Positions 17,677 to 24,295 of a stretch of DNA of 32,000 bases are shown in pieces. The stretch's first letter is position 1. Every line of letters starts with the position of its first letter. The notes beneath the pieces were generated by a model. It was not told the origin of the DNA, searched no databases, and saw only the letters and a program-made list of their open reading frames with translations. The translations under genes were made by a program, and so were the position numbers. Where the stretch lies: positions 56,089 through 88,088 of the forward strand of contig NZ_LKEU01000026.1 in the NCBI RefSeq assembly GCF_001766835.1, read 5' to 3'. This stretch comes from Acetobacterium wieringae (lineage in GTDB: Bacteria; Bacillota; Clostridia; Eubacteriales; Eubacteriaceae).

Positions 17677-19035
17677 GTGATGAATCCCAAAGTCCCGCCC
17701 CATAATATTGAAGCCGAACAGTCGGTGCTAGGCGCCATCTTGATGGATGAGTCCAATATTGCCCGGGCTGAAGAGCTATTGTCCCCCCAGGATTTTTATC
17801 GGGGCGGCCATAAAGAAATCTATGAAGCGATGCTTTCTCTTCACAACGAGAGAAAGCCCATTGACACCGTTACCCTGATTAATGCCCTTAGAAACCGGGG
17901 AGTTCTGGAAAAAATCGGCGGAATTGGTTATCTCAGTGAATTGGTCGAGATGGTGCCGATTCATCGGAATTATCTGGAATACTGCCAGATTGTTCATGAA
18001 AAGGCGGTGATTCGTAATCTGATTCATACGGCCACCCAGATTCTTGAAGACAGCTATGGTCAGTATGAGAATATCGGGGATGTGATTGATCGGGCCGAAC
18101 AGGAAATCTTCAAAGTTTCCCAGGGTCGACGAACGGGTGATTTTCAGAGCATTCAGGAAACCCTGGCCACCACCCTGGCCCAGATTGAAGCGATTGAAAG
18201 TAAAAAAGGTAAACTCACCGGAATTGAAACCGGTTTTACCGAGCTTAACCATATTACCTCCGGCTTGCAGCCCTCCGATCTGATTATTGTGGCTGCCCGA
18301 CCATCAATGGGGAAAACCGCCTTTGCCTTGAATATCGCCCAAAATGCGGCCATCAAAGATAACCGCTCGGTGGCGATTTTCAGTCTCGAAATGTCCAAGG
18401 AACAGCTGGTACAGCGTATGCTGTGTGCCGCCTCATTGGTGGACAGCAATAACGTTAGAACCGGTAATCTCAGCAAGGAAGACTGGGAACGAATGGTGGT
18501 TGGTTACAATACCCTTTACGGCGCCAGTATTTTTATAGATGATACCCCGGGGATTACGGTTTCAGAAGTCCGTTCCAAATGTCGGCGGCTAAAAACCGAA
18601 AAAGCCCTGGATTTGATTGTCATTGACTACCTGCAACTGATGAGCGGCGGTGGTCGGACTGAAAACCGGCAGAATGAAATTTCTGAAATGTCCCGGGGCT
18701 TAAAAGCCCTGGCCCGGGAAATGGAAGCGCCAGTGATTGCTTTGTCACAGCTCAGCCGGGCCCCGGATGCCCGAACCGATCACCATCCGGTCATGTCGGA
18801 TTTGCGTGAGTCTGGTTCGATCGAGCAGGATGCCGATGTGATCATGCTTTTATACCGGGAATATTATTACGATAAAAACCCGGAATTAAAAAACTTATCT
18901 GAGGTAATCATTGCCAAGCAACGTAACGGTCCAACCGGAACCGTACGCCTGGCCTGGATACCCGAATATACAAAATTCAACGATCTGGCTGTGGGTTATA
19001 ATGAAGATGACTACGGCCCGGATGCGTTTGCATAA
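17677..19035 (+). CDS. dnaB: Replicative DNA helicase (DnaB family; DnaC in Bacillus nomenclature)
   Basis: PPHNIEAEQSVLGAIL N-terminus. Walker A ARPSMGKTAFALN. Also FSLEMS and IDYLQLM motifs. The start is either GTG at 17677 or ATG at 17680. Confidence 0.96.
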   Translation: MMNPKVPPHNIEAEQSVLGAILMDESNIARAEELLSPQDFYRGGHKEIYEAMLSLHNERKPIDTVTLINALRNRGVLEKIGGIGYLSELVEMVPIHRNYLEYCQIVHEKAVIRNLIHTATQILEDSYGQYENIGDVIDRAEQEIFKVSQGRRTGDFQSIQETLATTLAQIEAIESKKGKLTGIETGFTELNHITSGLQPSDLIIVAARPSMGKTAFALNIAQNAAIKDNRSVAIFSLEMSKEQLVQRMLCAASLVDSNNVRTGNLSKEDWERMVVGYNTLYGASIFIDDTPGITVSEVRSKCRRLKTEKALDLIVIDYLQLMSGGGRTENRQNEISEMSRGLKALAREMEAPVIALSQLSRAPDARTDHHPVMSDLRESGSIEQDADVIMLLYREYYYDKNPELKNLSEVIIAKQRNGPTGTVRLAWIPEYTKFNDLAVGYNEDDYGPDAFA

Positions 19036-19047
19036 AGGAAGAAGAAC

Positions 19048-20436
19048 ATGAAATATGATGTAATCATCATCGGGGCTGGCCCCGGTGGTATTTTTGCCGC
19101 CATGGAACTGGCCAAAAAGAACAAGGAACTTAAAATATTGATGCTGGAAAAGGGCAATTCGATTGAAAAACGGATCTGTCCCAAGCGTCAGACCAATGTC
19201 TGCATTGGTTGCAAACCCTGTAATATTACTACCGGATTTGCCGGAGCCGGGGCCTACTCGGATGGCAAACTGTCGCTTTCACCGGATGTCGGCGGCGAGC
19301 TGCCGGAATACATTGGCTATAACACCACGGTTGATCTGATTAAATATGTTGATGATCTCTATATTGAGTTTGGTGCCGACAAGCGCGTTCATGGCCTGGA
19401 TGATCCCGATAAGATCCGGGATATTCGTACCAAGGCGATCCAGAGCAATTTAAAACTGATTGAATGTCCGGTTCGTCACATGGGCACCGAGGTCGGTTAT
19501 ACCATTTATCAGCGGATTCAAAATTACTTAATCAACGATCTGGGCATCGACATTAAGTTTAGAACACCGGTGCAAAGCCTGGTAGTCGAAGATAATTCTG
19601 TCGTCGGCGTGGTCGCCAAAGGTGAAACCTACCGGGCTGACAAGGTATTGGTGGCTGTGGGCCGGGATGGCTCGGAATGGTTTACCTCGATGTGCGAAGA
19701 ATACAAGGTGGAAACCAAGGTCGGGAAAATCGATATCGGCGTCCGTTTGGAAACCCGCAACGAGGTCATGCAGGAAATCAATGAGGCCCTTTATGAAGGT
19801 AAGCTGGTTTATTATACACCCACCTTTGATGACAGCGTCCGGACCTTCTGTTCCAACCCCGGCGGAGTTGTATCGACCGAATATTATGATAACCAGTTGG
19901 CGGTGGTCAATGGACACAGCTATAAATCCGACAACTTAAAAACCCATAACACCAATTTTGCCCTGCTGGTTTCTAAAAGCTTTACCGAGCCTTTTAAAGA
20001 AGCGGTTGCCTATGGCAAGCACATTGCCGGGTTGGGAAATATGCTGACCGGTAACAAGATCATGGTACAACGCTACGGTGACTTCTTAAGAGGCCGCCGT
20101 ACCACCGAAGAGCGGCTGATGCGCAATAACATCCGGCCAACCTTAATCGATGCGGTGCCCGGGGATCTCTGTTTAGTACTACCTTACCGGATTATGAAAG
20201 ATATTGTCGAAATGATTCAGGCCCTGGATCATGTGTCACCGGGTCTGGCCAGTGATGAAACCCTGCTCTATGGGGTAGAGGTTAAGTTCTATTCCAATAA
20301 GGTGACCGTAGATAAAAACTTCCAGTCCAGCATTAAAAATCTCTACGTGCTGGGGGATGGCGCTGGAGTTACCCGGGGCTTGATGCAGGCCTCCGCCAAT
20401 GGGGTCTATGTGGCCCGAAACCTTTATAACGAATAG
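19048..20436 (+). CDS. FAD-dependent oxidoreductase, COG2509-like (uncharacterized FAD-dependent dehydrogenase)
   Basis: MKYDVIIIGAGPGGIFAAMELAKK dinucleotide-binding fold. C-terminal LYVLGDGAGVTRGLMQASANG motif. 462 aa. Confidence 0.75.
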   Translation: MKYDVIIIGAGPGGIFAAMELAKKNKELKILMLEKGNSIEKRICPKRQTNVCIGCKPCNITTGFAGAGAYSDGKLSLSPDVGGELPEYIGYNTTVDLIKYVDDLYIEFGADKRVHGLDDPDKIRDIRTKAIQSNLKLIECPVRHMGTEVGYTIYQRIQNYLINDLGIDIKFRTPVQSLVVEDNSVVGVVAKGETYRADKVLVAVGRDGSEWFTSMCEEYKVETKVGKIDIGVRLETRNEVMQEINEALYEGKLVYYTPTFDDSVRTFCSNPGGVVSTEYYDNQLAVVNGHSYKSDNLKTHNTNFALLVSKSFTEPFKEAVAYGKHIAGLGNMLTGNKIMVQRYGDFLRGRRTTEERLMRNNIRPTLIDAVPGDLCLVLPYRIMKDIVEMIQALDHVSPGLASDETLLYGVEVKFYSNKVTVDKNFQSSIKNLYVLGDGAGVTRGLMQASANGVYVARNLYNE

Positions 20437-21279
20437 ATGTCCGGAAAACTCTATATAGTCGGTACTCCGATTGGGAATCTGGATGATATGAGCATCCGGG
20501 GCCTAAAAGTCCTGCAGTCGGTGGATCTGATTGCTGCTGAAGATACCCGGCATTCGATTAAGCTGCTCAACCATTTTGAGATTTCTAAAAAAATGGTCGC
20601 CTATCATCAGCATAACGAACAGCAGTCTTGTGAGGGCCTGATTGAACTGCTAAAACAGGGTCAGAACATCGCCCTGATTTCTGATGCCGGAATGCCGCTG
20701 ATTTCCGATCCGGGGTCAGTCCTGGTTAAAAGCTGTGTCGCCAATGCCATTGCCCTGGAAGTGGTCCCCGGCCCCAACGCCGGGCTCTGCGGCCTGGTGT
20801 TGTCAGGACTGGACACCCGTTCCTTTTTATTTCTCGGCTTTTTAGGTAAAGACAATAAGGCGGTTAAAGCAGGGATCAACCGGATTGAAGAATCAGTCGA
20901 TACGGTGGTGCTTTATGAGTCCCCCCACCGTCTGCCAAAAACTCTGGAAATTTTGGTCAAGCAGGGGCTCGGTCACCGGCAGATGAGTATCTCCCGGGAG
21001 CTGACCAAACGCTATGAGGAAACCCGTTATGGTACCATCGCAGAACATCGGGACTATTATCAGGAAAATCCCCCCCGGGGCGAGTATGTCCTTTGTATTG
21101 AAGGCCGAACCGCCGATGAAGGTAAGGTGGCGGCTTCGCTGGAACTGGAAAGCCTGAGCCTGGAAGACCATCTGGCTCATTATCTGAAGTCAGGTCTGCC
21201 GGAAAAAGAAGCCATGAAAGCGGTGGCCAAAGACCGCAATATTTCAAGACGGGATGTTTATAACGCAGTTAAGCGATAA
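20437..21279 (+). CDS. rsmI: 16S rRNA (cytidine1402-2'-O)-methyltransferase RsmI
   Basis: LYIVGTPIGNLDDMSIRGLKVLQSVDLIAAEDTRHS is the RsmI N-terminal signature. The ATG directly abuts the preceding TAG. Confidence 0.92.
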   Translation: MSGKLYIVGTPIGNLDDMSIRGLKVLQSVDLIAAEDTRHSIKLLNHFEISKKMVAYHQHNEQQSCEGLIELLKQGQNIALISDAGMPLISDPGSVLVKSCVANAIALEVVPGPNAGLCGLVLSGLDTRSFLFLGFLGKDNKAVKAGINRIEESVDTVVLYESPHRLPKTLEILVKQGLGHRQMSISRELTKRYEETRYGTIAEHRDYYQENPPRGEYVLCIEGRTADEGKVAASLELESLSLEDHLAHYLKSGLPEKEAMKAVAKDRNISRRDVYNAVKR

Positions 21280-21284
21280 ATCCC

Positions 21285-21312
21285 TTGAAAAAATCTGGAA
21301 TTAAAGTATAAT
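21285..21312 (+). promoter_or_regulatory. Promoter of the metG T-box leader
   Basis: TTGAAA at 21285..21290, a 16-bp spacer, then TATAAT at 21307..21312. Confidence 0.65.
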
Positions 21313-21319
21313 AGGGATA

Positions 21320-21577
21320 GCAATTAAATAAAAATTACAATGAAGAGAAGAGTAGGTGTGGATGCTGTGAAGAGAGAGCCGGGATGGTGAAAGCCGGTGA
21401 CAGAAAAAGCATTGAAGATGGCCTCGGAGTAAGTTTGGGTGAATCGTTTAGCCCGAACCGCTTGACGCGATAAAACTTAAAGTTTTAAAAACTTATGAAG
21501 GCATTATTTGTGAGAATAATGTGAACTAAGGTGGTAACGCGAACCCTTCGCCCTTAACTGGACGGGGGTTTTTTTTG
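21320..21577 (+). ncRNA. T-box riboswitch leader (methionine specifier) controlling metG
   Basis: - Stem I elements: AGAGAGAGCCGGGATGGTGAAAGCCGG, containing the AGAGA and GGTGAAA boxes.
- Candidate specifier: ATG at 21418..21420, followed by a purine and the AGTA S-turn.
- T-box sequence: AACTAAGGTGGTAACGCG at 21525..21541.
- Terminator region: C/G-rich, ending in T8 at 21569..21576.
- Position: directly upstream of an aminoacyl-tRNA synthetase gene. Confidence 0.85.
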
Positions 21578-21623
21578 TTGGATTAAACCCACCAAATACA
21601 GAAATATGAATAAAGGAGAACTT

Positions 21624-23573
21624 ATGTCAGAAAAAACATTTTATATTACTACCCCCATTTATTATCCCAGTGGGAACTTGCATATTGGCCATACCTACAC
21701 CACGGTGGCAGCCGATACGATTACCCGGTTCAAAAAACTGCAGGGTTATGACACTTACTTTTTAACCGGTACCGATGAGCACGGTCAAAAAATTGAAAAA
21801 GTGGCGGCTGAAGCGGGCGTTGCGCCCCAGGCCTATGTCGATGGGATTGTCACCGGCATTAAAAACCTCTGGGACACCATGAACATCAGTTACGATCAGT
21901 TTATCCGGACCACCGACCCTGAGCATGAAAAAACGATTCAGCGGATTTTTAAAAAGCTCTATGATCAGGGGGATATTTATAAATCCAACTACGAAGGCTG
22001 GTACTGCACGCCGTGTGAATCCTTCTGGACCGAAAGTCAGCTGGTCGATGGTAACTGTCCTGATTGTGGCCGAGCGGTGGAAAAAGCTTCAGAGGAAGCC
22101 TACTTCTTTAAAATGTCCAAATATGCCGACGATTTGCTCAAACATATTGAAGACCACCCCCATTTTATTCAACCGGAATCCCGCAAAAATGAAATGATCA
22201 ATAACTTTATTAAACCCGGACTCCAGGATTTGTGCGTTTCCCGAACATCCTTTACCTGGGGCGTGCCAGTTGATTTTGATCCCGGTCATGTGGTTTACGT
22301 CTGGATTGACGCCCTGCCCAACTACATTTCGGCCCTGGGTTATCTCAATGACAAACCGGATCTGATGGAAAAATACTGGCCAGCGGATGTTCATCTGGTC
22401 GGCAAGGATATTATCCGCTTCCATACCATTTACTGGCCAATTATTTTGATGGCACTCAAATTACCACTGCCCAAACAGGTTTATGGCCACGGCTGGATTT
22501 TATTAAAAGGCGGAAAAATGTCCAAATCGGTGGGGAACGTGGTTGATCCGGTGGTTTTAGTCGACAAATATGGGGTTGATGCCTTGCGCTACCATGTGCT
22601 GCGGGAAATGAGCTATGGTTCGGACGGTGTTTATAACGAAGACCTGCTGGTCAGTCACATCAATTCTGACCTGGCCAATGACCTTGGCAATCTGCTTAGC
22701 CGGACCCTGGCGATGACTGATAAATATTTCGGTGGGATTATTCCCAAGGAACGGGAAAAAGAAGCCATTGACAGTGAACTGATTGATCTGGCTGAAAAAA
22801 CGCCCGGGATTGTCAGTGACTACATGGATAAGCTGGATTTTAGCCGGGCCCTGGAAGAAATCTGGAAGCTGGTATCCCGTTCCAATAAATACATTGATGA
22901 AACCCAACCCTGGGTACTGGGCAAAAGTCCCGAAAAACAGGCTCGTCTGGCCCAGGTAATGTATAACCTGACCGAGTCCTTGCGGATCGTAACGGTGCTG
23001 ATTTCGGCGGCAATGCCGGAAACCGCCCGAAAAATCGGCCAGCAGCTAAACTGTCCGGCGGCATGTCTAACCTGGGACAGCATCCAGCAGTTTGGCGGCT
23101 ATCCGGAAGGCCTCAAGATCGAACGCTGCGACGCCCTGTTCCCACGGATTGAGCTGGAAAAGAAAGCGGAACAGCCTCTTAAAGAAGAGAAAGTTAAGCC
23201 CGAAAAAGCTAAAAAAGAAAACGACAACGCAACTCCGGAAGAACTGCCGGAAGGTCTGATCACCATTGACGATTTTGCCAAGGTGCAGTTGCGGGTGGCT
23301 GAGGTGGTTGCCTGTGAACCCCATCCCGATGCTGATCGCTTGCTGGTTTTACAGCTGATGGTCGGCCAGGAAAAACGGCAGGTGGTCTCCGGGATTGCCA
23401 AATACTACGCCCCAGCAGACCTGGTTGGCAAAACCGTCATTCTGGTGGCCAACTTAAAACCGGTCAACCTCCGGGGATTGGAATCCAACGGGATGATCCT
23501 GGCCGCTACCAAGGGTAAGAAACTGTCCCTGGTTACCGTCGATGGCATTCCCTCCGGTGGAAAAGTTTCGTAA
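21624..23573 (+). CDS. metG: Methionine--tRNA ligase with C-terminal tRNA-binding (Trbp111/EMAP-like) domain
   Basis: ATG at 21624 with AAAGGAG at 21612..21618. HIGH motif (GNLHIGH), KMSKS motif, and zinc knuckle CTPCE...CPDCG. C-terminal IDDFAKVQLRVAEV...LESNGMIL. Confidence 0.96.
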   Translation: MSEKTFYITTPIYYPSGNLHIGHTYTTVAADTITRFKKLQGYDTYFLTGTDEHGQKIEKVAAEAGVAPQAYVDGIVTGIKNLWDTMNISYDQFIRTTDPEHEKTIQRIFKKLYDQGDIYKSNYEGWYCTPCESFWTESQLVDGNCPDCGRAVEKASEEAYFFKMSKYADDLLKHIEDHPHFIQPESRKNEMINNFIKPGLQDLCVSRTSFTWGVPVDFDPGHVVYVWIDALPNYISALGYLNDKPDLMEKYWPADVHLVGKDIIRFHTIYWPIILMALKLPLPKQVYGHGWILLKGGKMSKSVGNVVDPVVLVDKYGVDALRYHVLREMSYGSDGVYNEDLLVSHINSDLANDLGNLLSRTLAMTDKYFGGIIPKEREKEAIDSELIDLAEKTPGIVSDYMDKLDFSRALEEIWKLVSRSNKYIDETQPWVLGKSPEKQARLAQVMYNLTESLRIVTVLISAAMPETARKIGQQLNCPAACLTWDSIQQFGGYPEGLKIERCDALFPRIELEKKAEQPLKEEKVKPEKAKKENDNATPEELPEGLITIDDFAKVQLRVAEVVACEPHPDADRLLVLQLMVGQEKRQVVSGIAKYYAPADLVGKTVILVANLKPVNLRGLESNGMILAATKGKKLSLVTVDGIPSGGKVS

Positions 23574-23625
23574 GATTCGCATAAATTGTTTTGTGTGAAC
23601 TGCTAATGGAGCGCACGGGAGGATT

Positions 23626-23661
23626 AAAAAAAGTCTATACAGAATAAATTCTGTATAGACT
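23626..23661 (-). terminator. 30-bp palindrome L; reads as an intrinsic terminator only on the minus strand (candidate trxA terminator)
   Basis: AGTCTATACAGAAT-AA-ATTCTGTATAGACT at 23632..23661, a perfect 14-bp stem. A-run at 23626..23631 on the plus strand gives a U-run after the stem on minus-strand RNA. There is no T-run on the plus-strand 3' side. Confidence 0.55.
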
Positions 23662-23681
23662 CAGACTGTCAAAAAAGCTAA

Positions 23682-23785
23682 CCCAGTACCGACAATTGTT
23701 AGATCATGTTGTACGCATCGGAGCGGACACGGCAGAGCCTGTCCGATTCCGCAGCGAACAACAGATTAACAATTGGTCGGTACGG
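23682..23785. other. About 104-nt long imperfect hairpin (structured RNA or DNA cruciform element) of unknown function
   Basis: CCAGTACCGACAATTGTTAGATC (23682..) pairs with GATTAACAATTGGTCGGTACGG (..23785). Inner pairs are TGTTGT/ACAACA, CGC/GCG and CGGA/TCCG, and the apical hairpin is CGGACA-CGGCAGAGCC-TGTCCG. No ORF with an RBS. Confidence 0.5.
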
Positions 23786-23803
23786 TAGTATATCGACAAC
23801 CTT

Positions 23804-23837
23804 AGTCTAGACAGAATGAATTCTGTTTAGACTTTTT
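23804..23837 (+). terminator. 30-bp palindrome R; reads as an intrinsic terminator only on the plus strand (candidate metG terminator)
   Basis: AGTCTAGACAGAAT-GA-ATTCTGTTTAGACT at 23804..23833, a 14-bp stem with one G-U pair, followed by TTTT. Near-identical to palindrome L. Confidence 0.55.
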
Positions 23838-23838
23838 A

Positions 23839-23860
23839 AAAGCCCCGAATTAGAGGCTTT
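23839..23860 (-). other. Short hairpin overlapping the trxA stop codon
   Basis: On minus-strand RNA, AAAGCCUC-UAAUUC-GGGGCUUU forms 8 bp with one G-U pair. Only a short U tail (UUUU then A5) follows, so this is at best a weak terminator. Confidence 0.35.
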
Positions 23861-24176
23861 TTATCATCTCGATGTATTCATTTTTTTCGCGAACACCGAC
23901 AAAGCGGTTGACCGCTTCACCGTTCTTAAAGAAAACCACGGTGGGGATACTCATCACCCGAAATTGTTGGGCCAGGGCCTGGTTGTCATCCACATTGATT
24001 TTACAAACCTTCATACCAGCTTCAAGCTCCTGAGATATTTCATCAATTGTCGGTGACAGGGCTTTACACGGGCCACACCATTCTGCCCAAAAATCCACCA
24101 TGACAGCTCCATCATAGGATAAAATCTCGGTTTCGAAATTTTCCATATTGATTGTTATAACTTTTTCACTGGACAT
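23850..24176 (-). CDS. trxA: Thioredoxin
   Basis: Minus strand. I chose the ATG at 24176 (GAGGTGA 8 nt upstream) over 24209, giving 108 aa. Active site WAEWCGPCKAL. The only complete minus-strand gene in the window. Confidence 0.92.
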   Translation of the reverse strand: MSSEKVITINMENFETEILSYDGAVMVDFWAEWCGPCKALSPTIDEISQELEAGMKVCKINVDDNQALAQQFRVMSIPTVVFFKNGEAVNRFVGVREKNEYIEMIKSL

Positions 24177-24295
24177 TATTCTCTTCACCTCTTTAACATA
24201 TTTGCTCAATCATTATATAATAATTCTTTAGAAGATAAAAGGATAAAAGTAAAATTTCTCCGTTTAAAGGAAAGGGATTGTGTTAAAATAGAGGC

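Noticed and set aside
17776-18252. Long antisense or alternative-frame ORFs inside dnaB, the FAD protein, rsmI, metG, decarboxylase-tmk and ricT (for example 17776..18252, 19528..19917, 22557..22907, 24333..24770, 25961..26419, 27763..28191)
   Set aside because: All are fully embedded in strongly supported conserved genes in the GC-richer part of the window. They have no RBS and biased, motif-free sequences, which is typical of shadow ORFs.
23706-23810. 34-codon ORF (MLYASERTRQSLSDSAANNRLTIGRYGSISTTLV) inside the central hairpin, as a possible small toxin or peptide
   Set aside because: There is no Shine-Dalgarno sequence upstream. The sequence is entirely explained by the arms of the long inverted repeat, and it has no hydrophobic toxin-like segment.
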